A stretch of 51,178 nt of DNA from contig JAUWQD010000016.1 in assembly GCA_030611265.1 (NCBI GenBank), forward strand, positions 1 to 51,178. The letters are read 5' to 3'. This DNA comes from Methanosarcinaceae archaeon. Its GTDB lineage: Archaea; Halobacteriota; Methanosarcinia; Methanosarcinales; Methanosarcinaceae. Positions 17,220 through 27,855 of the stretch are shown in pieces. The number at the start of each line of letters is the position of its first letter. Positions within the stretch are counted from its first letter, which is position 1. A model generated the notes under the pieces. That model did not search any database. It was not told the origin of the DNA and saw nothing but the letters and a program-made list of their open reading frames with translations. The translations under genes and the position numbers were made by a program.

Positions 17220-18266
17220 TTGGAAATTATGGATTTTCAACTTATCTGGTTTGATTCCATGGGTGCAAAATCATCTTCCACCCTTGTAACAACGCCTGAC
17301 ACAAGTATACTCATCGATCCGGGCGCAGCCATCATGCAACCAACCTTTCCATTGCAACCATTTGAAAAGTGGCAATATCTCGAAATGGCAAAAGAAAGTA
17401 TTAAAAATGCTTCCGCCAAAACGGAACACGTGGTAATCAGCCATTATCATTACGACCATTTCACAATCGGCGAAGATGCCAGTGTGTTATACAAAAACAA
17501 GACCCTCTGGATAAAGGACCCAAATCGCTGGATCAATATGTCCCAGTGGGACCGTTCGAGAGAGTTTCTGAAGTGGTTGGCAAAACTTGAAGGCAGGCGT
17601 TTGCAATATACAAGACCCAAACAGACAAACTTTGTTGACCCTATTGAAGATATTCCAATTGCAAGATCGAAAAACTATGGGAATTATCAGGATCGAAGAG
17701 AAGAATTGCTCAAAAAATGGCAAAAACGTTTTTTAAAAATGCGGGAACACTGGACAAAGTTCCCCTGGGTTGATGAAACTTTAGAAGGGATACATTTTGC
17801 AGACGGTGCTTCTTTTCAGACGGGTGATACGAAAATACGTTTCTCACGTCCGCTTTTTCACGGTATCGAATATGCAAACACCGGATGGGTCATTTCCACT
17901 ATTATTGAACACGGGGATGACAAACTCATTCATACATCTGATCTGCAGGGTCCCACGATCGAGGACCATGCCAAATGGATAATTGATGAGAATCCGAATA
18001 TATTGATAGCAGACGGACCCGCCACCTACCTGCTCGGGTACATGCTCAACACCACTAACTTGAATCGCAGTATCGAAAATGCAGTGCGGATCATTGAGGA
18101 ATGCGATCTTGATGTGATGATATATGACCATCATTTGCTGCGCGACCCACTGTATAAGCAACGGACATCTAAAATATGGGACTGTGCCGAAGACATGGGA
18201 GTAATGGTCACGACCGCCGCAGAATACAATGGCATTGAGCCTGTGGTTTTAAATGTATCAGTATGA
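17220..18266 (+). CDS. metallo-beta-lactamase-fold hydrolase
   Basis: HxHxDH motif (VISHYHYDHFT), with aspartate and histidine residues downstream. Confidence 0.7.
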   Translation: MEIMDFQLIWFDSMGAKSSSTLVTTPDTSILIDPGAAIMQPTFPLQPFEKWQYLEMAKESIKNASAKTEHVVISHYHYDHFTIGEDASVLYKNKTLWIKDPNRWINMSQWDRSREFLKWLAKLEGRRLQYTRPKQTNFVDPIEDIPIARSKNYGNYQDRREELLKKWQKRFLKMREHWTKFPWVDETLEGIHFADGASFQTGDTKIRFSRPLFHGIEYANTGWVISTIIEHGDDKLIHTSDLQGPTIEDHAKWIIDENPNILIADGPATYLLGYMLNTTNLNRSIENAVRIIEECDLDVMIYDHHLLRDPLYKQRTSKIWDCAEDMGVMVTTAAEYNGIEPVVLNVSV

Positions 18267-18326
18267 ATTCGATTGGCATCGATAACGTTATTAAATATTA
18301 AAGACCTTTATTATTATGGTGTCTGT

Positions 18327-18770
18327 ATGAGAATCAAGACTATTGTTGTACTTTTAATGTTAACATCCATTCTATTTGCAGGGTGTATAGGTAATGACGA
18401 ACCTGTTGTTATTGAACAGATTCCTGAAGATATCATAAATGAAACTCCCGAAGAAGTTGAAGAAATACCAGTCGAAGAACCAGAGGTTGTAGAAGAAGCG
18501 CCTGCGGTTGATCCACAAACATATTCGATACGACTTGAATATTATCAAGCCAGACCATCAACATTGGAAATAAATAGAGGCGACACTGTTGTCTGGAGAA
18601 ACAGTCAGGATCCAAAAAGACTGTTGACAATCGTAAGCGAAGATGGACTCTGGGAAAGTACAAATTTAGTCTATGGTAGAACACTTATTTACACGTTTAA
18701 TGAATCCGGCACATACAATTTCAGTGTGACAGGTCAACTAAGAATGAGTGGCTCAATTGTAGTCAACTGA
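18327..18770 (+). CDS. secreted or lipoprotein-like protein with acidic linker and C-terminal beta-sandwich (cupredoxin-like) domain
   Basis: Signal peptide with lipobox-like LFAGC. PEEVEEIPVEEPEVVEE linker. C-terminal domain lacks obvious copper ligands. Confidence 0.45.
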   Translation: MRIKTIVVLLMLTSILFAGCIGNDEPVVIEQIPEDIINETPEEVEEIPVEEPEVVEEAPAVDPQTYSIRLEYYQARPSTLEINRGDTVVWRNSQDPKRLLTIVSEDGLWESTNLVYGRTLIYTFNESGTYNFSVTGQLRMSGSIVVN

Positions 18771-18802
18771 TCCAAATACCAAATTTTACAAATATGATAT
18801 AA

Positions 18803-19984
18803 ATGAATACCAAAACCATAGTAGAAGGTACAACAAAGGTTTTGGTACCAATCCCACCGGAGGGAGTGTCATTCCCTCCATCTGCAGCACCTGTTTTTTA
18901 CAATCCTGAAATGGAACTTAATCGCGACATAAATGTCGCGGCTACTGCTGCTTTTGTGAATCGTCTGATTTTAAAATTACAATCACAGCGCGATATTGTA
19001 CCGGCAGACATCACCTATGTTGATGCATTATCAGCATCAGGTATTCGAGGGATCAGGGTTGCGAATGAGTTGGGGATTTCTGCTGTTTTGAATGACTGGA
19101 ATGAAGACGCATACAATTTGATTGTTCAGAACATAGAGGTGAACAATCTTTCTGAAACAACTACAGCATCCCGCAAAGACGCAAACGTTCTGCTTCATGA
19201 AAAAAGATACAATATCGTAGACCTTGATCCTTTCGGAACACCAACCCAGTTCTTGGATGCTGCCGCACGCTCAGCTGTGCATTTATTAGAGGTCACGGCA
19301 ACAGACACTGCACCCCTTTGCGGTGCACATTTGAATTCAGGTATCAGGAAATATGCTGCTGTGCCGCTCAACAATGAATATCACAGTGAGATGGGAATGC
19401 GCATACTTCTTGGCAAGATCGCACGAGAGCTTGCAAAGCACGAAAAGGCAATGATACCATTACTATCTCATGCAACACGCCACTATGTCCGCACATACGT
19501 GCAGGTACAAAAAGGTGCGAAGCGGACTGATAAGACTCTTAAAGAGATGGGATTCATCGCAAACTGTCCCGATTGCGGATATCGAAATCCAGTGTTTGGG
19601 CTGGCTGTTCATATCGACAAGGAATGTCCGATATGTGGCACAACAACTGAGATTGCAGGTCCGCTGTGGCTTGGGCAATTGCACGAAGTAAAGTTTTGTG
19701 ATGAGGTTCTGCTTGAACTCGAAAAACGACCCCTTAAAACGAAAGAGAAAGCTATGAAGATCATCACTCTTTGTAGGGACGAACTCAATATTCCAATGTT
19801 CTATGACCAACATGTGATCTGCAAACGTCTGGGAATCTCTGCATCCACCATAGATTCGCTAATAATTGCACTCAAAGAGCATGGATATGAAGCGTCAAGA
19901 ACACATTTTGATGGAATTTCTTTTAAGACCAACGCTGAAATTACCGATATTGAAAGAATAATGCTAAGCGAAAGATTGGGTTGA
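18803..19984 (+). CDS. trm1: tRNA (guanine(26)-N2)-dimethyltransferase Trm1
   Basis: 393 aa. Class I SAM methyltransferase core ([21 protein letters not shown]). Zn-finger insert CPDCG...CPICG typical of archaeal Trm1. Confidence 0.8.
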   Translation: MNTKTIVEGTTKVLVPIPPEGVSFPPSAAPVFYNPEMELNRDINVAATAAFVNRLILKLQSQRDIVPADITYVDALSASGIRGIRVANELGISAVLNDWNEDAYNLIVQNIEVNNLSETTTASRKDANVLLHEKRYNIVDLDPFGTPTQFLDAAARSAVHLLEVTATDTAPLCGAHLNSGIRKYAAVPLNNEYHSEMGMRILLGKIARELAKHEKAMIPLLSHATRHYVRTYVQVQKGAKRTDKTLKEMGFIANCPDCGYRNPVFGLAVHIDKECPICGTTTEIAGPLWLGQLHEVKFCDEVLLELEKRPLKTKEKAMKIITLCRDELNIPMFYDQHVICKRLGISASTIDSLIIALKEHGYEASRTHFDGISFKTNAEITDIERIMLSERLG

Positions 19985-20132
19985 TTCGTTGACCATTGTC
20001 GTTTTTTTGCATTTCACCTTTAACCTTTTACTTCACCAATTACCACCATTACAGAAAGTAATATATAATAAAGTGTCTAATTCAACGTATATTACAACAT
20101 GATAAATTAACTAATGGAGATTAAAGCAAACC

Positions 20133-20723
20133 ATGGCTGAAGAATATGCAGAACAATTATTTTTACAGGAAAAACCCACACTTGCACTGCTAGCGATCAG
20201 TTCATTCAAAAAGACCTATGCATCTGTGATCACAAAGGAGATCAGTTCAACGTTTGCACATACAACCAAGATATTATCAAAAATGGAAGAGCACGGGCTT
20301 GTTGAATTTACAATAGAGGGGCGTGTCAAGTATGTAGAACTTACTGAACACGGTCTAAAAGTTGTTGATGTAATGAAAAATCTGATGATTGCATTCGGTG
20401 GAGAATCCAGTGGAGAGAACAGAAATGCATTCGGGCGATCTTTTTCACAATCACCTGAACCAACACCATCTAGTGCGCCAACCATATCCCAGACCATTCA
20501 GGAAAAAATTGACAATCTGCGCTCAAAGATAGAGAGAATTTATATTATAGAAAGTGAAAGTGGAGCAGATAAAGAAACGCTATACCGAAAACTTGGACCA
20601 TTCAATAGAGATATTAAAATAATAGAGAATTTGATCGAATCTTCAAAAGACCAGATCGATGAGTCCGTCGTAATATCACATAGTGATGTTCGTAGACGCC
20701 TTGGATCAATAATTAACAAATGA
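20133..20723 (+). CDS. winged-helix DNA-binding protein with C-terminal helical domain
   Basis: N-terminal wHTH-like segment (SVITKEISSTFAHTTKILSKMEEHGLVEF). Unknown family. Confidence 0.45.
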   Translation: MAEEYAEQLFLQEKPTLALLAISSFKKTYASVITKEISSTFAHTTKILSKMEEHGLVEFTIEGRVKYVELTEHGLKVVDVMKNLMIAFGGESSGENRNAFGRSFSQSPEPTPSSAPTISQTIQEKIDNLRSKIERIYIIESESGADKETLYRKLGPFNRDIKIIENLIESSKDQIDESVVISHSDVRRRLGSIINK

Positions 20724-20770
20724 TACTTATCGATTCTTTTGCACATACATTTTACACATTTTAGGTAATT

Positions 20771-21460
20771 ATGAAATCAATAATATTACTTTTAAAAATA
20801 TATGGCAGCCGTGACCGTGCTGTTCGTTCGTTTGAAGCTGTGATAGCCAATGACATCAAAAACATTGATGCATCAGCCCGAATCCATGTGACCAACGATG
20901 GCTGGGTGCAAATTGAAATCACAGGTGAAGACGATGAGTTCTGTGCAAATTATTTGTTGACAAAATACGGCGCACCAATCAAAGAAGCAGAGGTTGGAAA
21001 AGTCTACAAAGGATACATCCATTCAATAGACGAAGATGGAATCACTGTTGACATTGGAATTAAAGTTAACATAACCCTTGATGGACTTAAACCGCTGGGA
21101 ACAGGAGACGTTAAGCAGATTGCATCCCGTTTCAGCATCATACCACACCTTCCGGTTTCTATTGAAATTGTAAAGGTTGGTGATGATACAAAGGTTTGCT
21201 TTACAAAGAATCAGGTTGACCTATGGTGGAAATGGAAAAAATCAGGTACTGACAGGGTTATAGCAAATGCCACAACTCGCTCTGAATTAAAGGCTGCAAT
21301 AAAAAAGACAGGACACGCCAGGGATATTTATGGAATCGAACGCATTGGAATAATGGAGCATGCAATTGTTTGTCGTGAGAATACGGATGGACCTGGGATT
21401 GTAGCTGATATCGGTCCTTTGTTAAAATCTGAACTTGGAGTTATAATAAAACATGCATGA
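20771..21460 (+). CDS. conserved archaeal hypothetical protein
   Basis: 229-aa ORF. Possibly a DUF2110-type protein. Confidence 0.45.
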   Translation: MKSIILLLKIYGSRDRAVRSFEAVIANDIKNIDASARIHVTNDGWVQIEITGEDDEFCANYLLTKYGAPIKEAEVGKVYKGYIHSIDEDGITVDIGIKVNITLDGLKPLGTGDVKQIASRFSIIPHLPVSIEIVKVGDDTKVCFTKNQVDLWWKWKKSGTDRVIANATTRSELKAAIKKTGHARDIYGIERIGIMEHAIVCRENTDGPGIVADIGPLLKSELGVIIKHA

Positions 21461-21488
21461 TCTCGTCTGACGATTTTATGCAGATCGT

Positions 21489-22229
21489 TTATACCTGCAT
21501 CACAAACAGACAATGTTCATAACCATTTCCGAAACATTCTATTTCTTTGATGGTGCAGTTGAGCCCCAATTTCCCAAAAATAATTCCTTCCAGAAGCCCT
21601 TCATCAAAAGAGCAAAGTGTTTTACCAACAACAGGCATCAATTTGCAATCAAAGCAGTCATGGACAACAACTGTCAATGGGTCTGTTTTGATCACGGACA
21701 CATTCCCCATATTGTTTGTATCCCAAAAATTTGCTATATCCTTAAGCACACCATCAAGATCAGTTGATTTGAAGTTGGTGGATAAACTTTCACCTATATC
21801 TGCACCTATCTTTTTCATGATTGGTTCATGATTGATCCCATGTGCTTCAAAACCAAATCGCATAGCATGAAAAATAGACCTTAAGAAACTGCATTCATCA
21901 TCACTGGATAACGCAACTCTTTCTAATATGTTTTTGTAATGTTTGATAATAGGTTCTTGTGAACAAGCCATATATTGAGAATTTAGGAGATATGTTTTTT
22001 TTCGCTTGTCATTTGCATTAATGTGCTCTTCGAGCAGATCACATGATTTAAGATCAGTAATGTGCACTGAAATCGTTGATTTTGCTTTTCCGGTATGTTT
22101 GACAATTTCATCGAACGATTTTGAGCCGGTCTTTAAAAAATCCAATATTTTAAGTTTGACAGGACCATTTAATGCAATGAAACCATGGTTTGTAGAAAAT
22201 AATGCAGTGTGATTTCCAGCTCGTGCCAT
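21489..22229 (-). CDS. transcriptional regulator, N-terminal HTH plus C-terminal V4R-like domain
   Basis: ArsR-like HTH (LKILDFLKTGSKSFDEIVKHTGKAKSTISVHITDL). C-terminal region with conserved Cys and His (HDCFDCK...C...C). Confidence 0.5.
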   Translation of the reverse strand: MARAGNHTALFSTNHGFIALNGPVKLKILDFLKTGSKSFDEIVKHTGKAKSTISVHITDLKSCDLLEEHINANDKRKKTYLLNSQYMACSQEPIIKHYKNILERVALSSDDECSFLRSIFHAMRFGFEAHGINHEPIMKKIGADIGESLSTNFKSTDLDGVLKDIANFWDTNNMGNVSVIKTDPLTVVVHDCFDCKLMPVVGKTLCSFDEGLLEGIIFGKLGLNCTIKEIECFGNGYEHCLFVMQV

Positions 22230-22373
22230 AGTAATAAATGATAAGGTGCAATATATATATAAATGTTCGTTCGCAAATAACCGAATTGAATTTATGTGAA
22301 CGTTTCTATAGTTAAAGATAATCTGTTGTATACGTTGATCATTGGTTAAAAGTTATCGGATAAAATATATACT

Positions 22374-23390
22374 ATGAAAAAAGCAATCCTGATACCGGTT
22401 GAAGATGCAGAATCTGCAAGGTCTGACTTACTCAAAAATGAATTACTTGATGGAAGTAGGAAGATCAAATTGATTAGCTTAAAAGGCGAAAAGTTCCTTG
22501 AGATCCCTGTCAAAACGGATGTGAAAGGATACACAGTCATTGAGCAGGATGCCCCTGAATACTATGAAAAATTGCAGTCATTAAAAGATCGACTAATGAG
22601 CGTTCTTTCATCAGATGAACTCAAGCATGTACCTTCCAGATGGCAGATTCTCGGCGATATTATCATCGTCAACATACCACGGAAAATCGACAATAGAAAG
22701 ATCGTTATTGCAAAAGCTCTTCTTGGTATGTATCCGCGATGCAAAAGCGTTATTCAGGATTTTGGGATCAAGGGTCAGTTCCGTGAACCAAACCGGAAGA
22801 CCATTATTGGAGATAAGGTCGAGACCATCAATAAGGAGCACCGGTGCCTCTTTAAAATGGATGTTACAAAAATAATGTACTCAAAGGGCAACCTGCCCGA
22901 ACGAAAGCGAATGAGCAAGGTTGGCAGCGGCGAGATTGTTGTAGATATGTTTGCAGGTATCGGGTATTTTTCAATCCCGATGGCAGTACATGCAAAACCC
23001 CGACAGGTCATTGCTATTGAACTCAATCCTGTGTCGTTTGGTTATTTGTGCGAGAATATCAAGTTAAACCATGTTGAGAACATCATTAAACCAATAAACG
23101 GTGACTGTGCAGAGGTTACACCACAGGACGTAGCTGATAGGGTGATAATGGGATATGTTGGGGTTACGCATCACTATCTGGAGCAGGGGATCCGTGCAAT
23201 AAAAAAGAGCGGCGGCGTTTTGCATTACCATGAAACAACGCCGGAGAGTCTGTTGTTTGACCGCCCCGTGACTCGAATTGAGGATGCTGCGCACACGGTG
23301 GGGCGCAGGGTTGAGATTCTGGACTGCCGCCGGATCAAGAAATATTCACCGGGTGTGTGGCATGTGGTTGTGGATGCTCACGTTCAGTGA
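22374..23390 (+). CDS. Trm5/Taw2-family (Met-10+-like) tRNA methyltransferase
   Basis: RWQILGDIIIVNIP N-terminal motif. SAM-binding VVDMFAGIGYFSIP. NPxxx-like ELNP. The 338-aa size fits Trm5 with an N-terminal domain. Confidence 0.7.
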   Translation: MKKAILIPVEDAESARSDLLKNELLDGSRKIKLISLKGEKFLEIPVKTDVKGYTVIEQDAPEYYEKLQSLKDRLMSVLSSDELKHVPSRWQILGDIIIVNIPRKIDNRKIVIAKALLGMYPRCKSVIQDFGIKGQFREPNRKTIIGDKVETINKEHRCLFKMDVTKIMYSKGNLPERKRMSKVGSGEIVVDMFAGIGYFSIPMAVHAKPRQVIAIELNPVSFGYLCENIKLNHVENIIKPINGDCAEVTPQDVADRVIMGYVGVTHHYLEQGIRAIKKSGGVLHYHETTPESLLFDRPVTRIEDAAHTVGRRVEILDCRRIKKYSPGVWHVVVDAHVQ

Positions 23391-23399
23391 ACAAACAAC

Positions 23400-23918
23400 C
23401 TACATCTCGATTACATCAACGGAAAGGTCCGAGTCCACGATATAATCAAAATCAATGTACTCCGTCCATTTCTGTTCCTGGAATATTGACTGGAAACATA
23501 CGCCTATTATCAATTTCCGCTCGGCTCCTTCAAATACACGCTCAACCATTTCGTGCATAGCTTTTGGATCAATGCCAATTTTAGGCATTGCAAGCCCACC
23601 AAGTATAACTGCGGTATCTGCATGTGCATCGGTAATCTCGCCAAATTGCATACCATCACTTGTGGAAACTACGGATTTAGCAGAATCAAATTCCAAATTC
23701 GAAATAAACGCCATTTTTTTATCAGTTCCGCGAAGCACGTATCCCATAAGTTCTGCAAAAGGACTGCAAAAACCAGGGCTACCAATAAATGTTATCTTAT
23801 TTGATTCACTAACAAGCTGCCGAAATCCAGTGAGCTGACCGCCAATTCCTTTGGAACTACTTAAAACCTTCATAAAATCATCCTCTAAAAAAGTAAGCAT
23901 ACAGCCGATTGGCTGCAT
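23400..23918 (-). CDS. hypothetical protein (conserved archaeal, unknown function)
   Basis: 172-aa ORF immediately downstream of mch on the same strand. Confidence 0.45.
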   Translation of the reverse strand: MQPIGCMLTFLEDDFMKVLSSSKGIGGQLTGFRQLVSESNKITFIGSPGFCSPFAELMGYVLRGTDKKMAFISNLEFDSAKSVVSTSDGMQFGEITDAHADTAVILGGLAMPKIGIDPKAMHEMVERVFEGAERKLIIGVCFQSIFQEQKWTEYIDFDYIVDSDLSVDVIEM

Positions 23919-23946
23919 GCTATAAATAATGTTTTACATTTTATAT

Positions 23947-24909
23947 CTATACGTTCTTGATGCCAAATGACTCAAGCAAAATACCCGGGTTTATGCGACC
24001 GCTGGTAAATGATTTCTTGCTTGTTCTGTCATTGATAGTGATCTTTGCCGGTGCGAACATACCTGCATCGACTTTGAAGAAGTCGAAATCGGCTTCCTTG
24101 AATGTTGTGAAGAATGGCTTGCCGTAATCCTTTGATGTTATGGATGGTGCATTTTTAACGTGCTCTTCGAGTTTTTCCACATCATCGTATGCTACGGTAT
24201 AATAGGTCTCGCCACAGTAGATGATACAGTCATTGGTTGAACCCATGCATTTTGTGTCATCGCCAACAATAGGTGCAATAGGTGCAATTCCGAATCCGCT
24301 CTGGATCGTGTTGATGTCAAAGCCGATGGACTCCAACTTGTGAATTCCTGTTTCTACGATACGTGCAGATATCTGCACTGAACCTGCAATGGATGCAGTA
24401 GGTGCAACAGCGATGTAAACATTTTCAGTCTCAACATTGCTATGTTTTGCGATATATTCCACAACCTCTTCATCTGGAAGTGCGCTTGATTCCATAACAA
24501 GCACTGCACATTCGGAATCATCCTTGTAGCCGATCTTCTCATAGAGCTCCTTTGGTTTAAGACCAAGTGCTCTTGCCGGACCTGAACCCATACCGAAGTA
24601 TTTACCGACAGCGATTCTCCAGCCTGCATACTGTGAACCCATGCATGCGATGGTTGGATTGTCTGTGGAGACCTGAATTGCCGGCACAGGAAGACCATCG
24701 AGGTCGAACTTTGTGTAGCTTATCTCTGCAAGGTCTGCAAGGCACAGACGTGAGAGATACATTCCTGCATCGTAGCCACCGTCCATATTGACACCACAGT
24801 CAATAATGGTAGCACCGTTTGCAAGTTCCTTTGATTCTACCTTTAAATCTTCTTCCCAGTCGAGCATCTCATCAATTATACCTAATCCCTTTTCGTTGAC
24901 ACTTATCAT
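23947..24909 (-). CDS. mch: methenyltetrahydromethanopterin cyclohydrolase
   Basis: 320 aa. N-terminal MISVNEKGL...[24 protein letters not shown] matches the Mch family in length and motifs. Confidence 0.8.
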   Translation of the reverse strand: MISVNEKGLGIIDEMLDWEEDLKVESKELANGATIIDCGVNMDGGYDAGMYLSRLCLADLAEISYTKFDLDGLPVPAIQVSTDNPTIACMGSQYAGWRIAVGKYFGMGSGPARALGLKPKELYEKIGYKDDSECAVLVMESSALPDEEVVEYIAKHSNVETENVYIAVAPTASIAGSVQISARIVETGIHKLESIGFDINTIQSGFGIAPIAPIVGDDTKCMGSTNDCIIYCGETYYTVAYDDVEKLEEHVKNAPSITSKDYGKPFFTTFKEADFDFFKVDAGMFAPAKITINDRTSKKSFTSGRINPGILLESFGIKNV

Positions 24910-25436
24910 GTAATCACCATTAACTGATTAATAGTCTGTGATTTGGGATGATTCAGTTATATATTTGCCGATATTTATCGATTGGAAACTTAAGGTTGAG
25001 ACTTCTTTGATTGCAAATGGCTCTTTCATTTTTTGAGTGAATACATTCAGGAAAGATGGAATATTTGTATTTGTTTATTTATTCTTGACGCCGAGGCAAT
25101 CGCCGAATAAGAAAGAGCGATTACTCGCTCTCCCTCTTCTAAGAACCGGACTTGCGACTTCCACCACATCCGGCTCAAGCCTTTCATAACCCTTTTTGTA
25201 TCGGGCAGCAGTTAACAATTCAATGGCTGTATTGTTTTAACTTGACTTTTATTTTCAAATCGCATTGCATCAAGTGATATATTGAATTTTCAAATTTTTG
25301 TTGTATAGTGTATATACAGTACCCCCCAGTTTCCACTGCATTCAAAAACAACGATCAATCCATATGTATGCCGCAGCATATCGTTACATGTGATTTTTCA
25401 GAAAGATATAACAATACCAAAAACATATCCTATTTC

Positions 25437-26147
25437 ATGAAATTGCAAAAAATAGCCTGGGGAATTACAGGAGCTGGTCATTTTTTAAATGAGAGCTATG
25501 AGGTATTCAAAGAGATCAAATTAAAGGATCGAAATATTCGGATCAACACTTTTATTTCAAGTGCTTCGGAAGAGGTACTGCGTATGTACGGGCTTGAAAA
25601 TAAGCTTGTGAAATTATCGGGCGGAGATTATCTTGAAGAGATCTTCCTGGAAAGCGAACAGGGTAAGAGTTCGCCAAAAGCCGGCAGGTTCCTGCTTGGA
25701 AAATATGATGCCTTTTTTATCACTCCAGTGACATCCAATACTGCTTCAAAGATAGCATATGGGATTGCGGATTCACTGGTAACCAATGCAGTTGCACAGG
25801 CTGTAAAGGGAGGTGTGCCTGTATATGTTGTGCCGGTTGACGTTGCAGGTGTTGTGCGCTCAGAGATGCCGTATATGATCGACAGGGAATTTTGCAGGAA
25901 ATGTGAAGAGTGCATCCCAAGAGAAAAATGTCCGCATGGTGCTATCACAGACCAGATCGACCTGCTAAAGTGTAAGGGTTGCGGGATATGCAAGGAATGG
26001 TGCCCCTATGATGCGATCAAAGGCGGGGAGGTTGAACTCAGGGTGCGGGATGTGGATGAGAGGAATGTGCAGATAATTCGGGGTCTTGAGGGGATCACGG
26101 TACTTGAGAAGCCAGAACACATTTTGGAGTTATTTTTCCAGGATTGA
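25437..26147 (+). CDS. flavoprotein (AfpA/HFCD-like) fused to 2x[4Fe-4S] ferredoxin domain; DmrX-like dihydromethanopterin reductase candidate
   Basis: WGITGAGH flavin-binding motif. Two CxxCxxC...CP clusters near the C-terminus. Start taken at the internal ATG at 25437. Confidence 0.55.
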   Translation: MKLQKIAWGITGAGHFLNESYEVFKEIKLKDRNIRINTFISSASEEVLRMYGLENKLVKLSGGDYLEEIFLESEQGKSSPKAGRFLLGKYDAFFITPVTSNTASKIAYGIADSLVTNAVAQAVKGGVPVYVVPVDVAGVVRSEMPYMIDREFCRKCEECIPREKCPHGAITDQIDLLKCKGCGICKEWCPYDAIKGGEVELRVRDVDERNVQIIRGLEGITVLEKPEHILELFFQD

Positions 26148-26218
26148 TGACGATAGTGGGGTATGGTAGTAGCGGGTATGGTTATGATAGGTACATAAGG
26201 TGGGTAGTCAGTTCATCT

Positions 26219-26881
26219 TCAAAGTTGTCTGATGGTCTTTCTGCCAAACCCGACAAACATTTGTTTTATGACAAGGGACGTCGGAGTTTTTTTGCCTCCT
26301 GCGCGTACTTTTCCCTGTCGTATTGCCATAAGTACGGCATCGACCGTGTTTTCCTGTGCATCGATCTCTGTGTATGCCTGACCAACCATCTGCGGAGTGT
26401 GCGCATCGCTTCCACCGACCTGCGGCAGGTTGATCGATTCGGCAGCAATCTTTGCTTTTCTGTTAGAACGGTTGTCAAGGCAGCGTGAATTCAAGACCTC
26501 AACAGCATCAATATCAATCCCCTCTACAAATCCAATACCATGAGAGGAGAGTTTGAAAGGATGTGGTATGATGATCACTCCTCCAAGTTCCCTTGCTCGC
26601 TCGATGGTCTTTTCAGGTGAGAGGTGCGGTTCAATGTCCTCTTCGATCCCAAGGACAAGAATATGTCCTTTTGATGACGTTACTTCAATACCCGGGATGA
26701 CAATAAGGTCAGTACCAAGTTCTACTGCTCTTTTGGCGCATGCTATCCCGCCTTTAATCGTATCATGGTCGCAAACAGCGATACCGTCAAGACCATTCTT
26801 TTTAGCATGTGTGATTATGGAATCAATATCGGCATTGCTATCCTTTGAAAAATGGGAATGAACATGAAGATCAAATCGCAT
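26219..26881 (-). CDS. PHP-domain metal-dependent phosphoesterase
   Basis: MRFDLHVHSHFSKDS...DGIAVCDHD motifs of the polymerase/histidinol-phosphatase family. Confidence 0.7.
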   Translation of the reverse strand: MRFDLHVHSHFSKDSNADIDSIITHAKKNGLDGIAVCDHDTIKGGIACAKRAVELGTDLIVIPGIEVTSSKGHILVLGIEEDIEPHLSPEKTIERARELGGVIIIPHPFKLSSHGIGFVEGIDIDAVEVLNSRCLDNRSNRKAKIAAESINLPQVGGSDAHTPQMVGQAYTEIDAQENTVDAVLMAIRQGKVRAGGKKTPTSLVIKQMFVGFGRKTIRQL

Positions 26882-26971
26882 GCTAAAAAATAGCATTAGA
26901 ACTTAATATATATTTGGAATAGTTCTCACTTGAAAAAAGAAATGGTATTTGTATAGCTGTGTCAAGATAGT

Positions 26972-27041
26972 TGCGTAAATGAGATTATTCTATCTGAAAC
27001 TAAACCAATACAACTGCCGTAGGCGGCGCATTCCCATGCCA
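26972..27041. repeat. conserved ~70-nt intergenic element copy A, with GC hairpin CCGCC-gta-GGCGG
   Basis: About 76% identical to 38246..38315 (TGCGTAAATGA.AT..TTCTATCTGAAACTAAA..CAAT....C.GCCGTAGGCGGC). Confidence 0.5.
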
Positions 27042-27189
27042 TTGATTTGCTACAAAAATGTATGGTTCGATTCATTGGCCACAAAAAATGAGGTGGTTAT
27101 TGGTATGTGTTTGCAGTTTATTTTTGTATATGTCGGGATACATCGCCTGCGGCGGATTAACCCTTTGTTAAAAGTTGTTAAACAAACAC

Positions 27190-27816
27190 TCAATTTGTAT
27201 TCGGTTTTGCTTTCCGCCTTTCCTTAAAAATAAACCATGCTGCACCCAATACCTTCCAATTGGTCACGAACCTTAGAACTGCAAAAAGAAGTGAACTTAT
27301 CCTGAAACGAATGTTTGTGAAGACATGGAGGTCAAAGACCTCATCCTGAAATTGTGGACATATGGAAAAATTAAAAACGCTGCATCTTTTGATGAACAAA
27401 CCCTTCAAAGCATACAAAAAACCGGACAACATTCCGGTATCGGCAGGGTCAGAAAAACCATATTTGAGGTTGCAGGATATTTTCCTAAATTTAACGGCAC
27501 CAAAAACATCTTCGATGAATCTGATAATTGGTCTTTTTACGGTCTTCAAAACCCTTAACCAAACGGAAATGCCAATGCTGCTTGTTTTCTTTTTAGTTTT
27601 ATCTTTCTTTGGCTTTTCTTCTTTTTTCTCTTTTTTTGCCGCTTTTCCACTTCCAACCTTGAACTTATGCGACAATCCCATCCACTTGATGGTGATGTAT
27701 TGATCAACCCTGCCCCCTTCCGCCTTCAAATAAATGGTCACGTCAAATGCGGCAAACACCACTAACCCGAACAATAGAAGGATAATGGCTAACGCTACAT
27801 AAATAATAAGCAACAT
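27190..27816 (-). CDS. DUF2953/YtfI-like membrane protein
   Basis: N-terminal TM helix and lysine-rich linker. Adjacent to a GerW/YtfJ homolog, as in Bacillus ytfI-ytfJ. Confidence 0.45.
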   Translation of the reverse strand: MLLIIYVALAIILLLFGLVVFAAFDVTIYLKAEGGRVDQYITIKWMGLSHKFKVGSGKAAKKEKKEEKPKKDKTKKKTSSIGISVWLRVLKTVKRPIIRFIEDVFGAVKFRKISCNLKYGFSDPADTGMLSGFLYALKGLFIKRCSVFNFSICPQFQDEVFDLHVFTNIRFRISSLLFAVLRFVTNWKVLGAAWFIFKERRKAKPNTN

Positions 27817-27855
27817 GCATGTTGAAGTCTGATAGAGGCAGGATCGGTGGTTAGA

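Noticed and set aside
25091-25190. GC-rich inverted repeats (AGAGCGA-ttac-TCGCTCT and CCGGA...TCCGG) in the mch / dmrX-like divergent region, possible structured RNA or tRNA
   Set aside because: It could not be folded into a tRNA cloverleaf and has no conserved RNA motifs. Probably promoter or terminator structure.
26972-27041. Repeated 70-nt element as a C/D-box sRNA or tRNA fragment
   Set aside because: No RUGAUGA C box paired with the CUGA. No cloverleaf or T-loop GTTCRA motif. Kept only as an unclassified conserved element.
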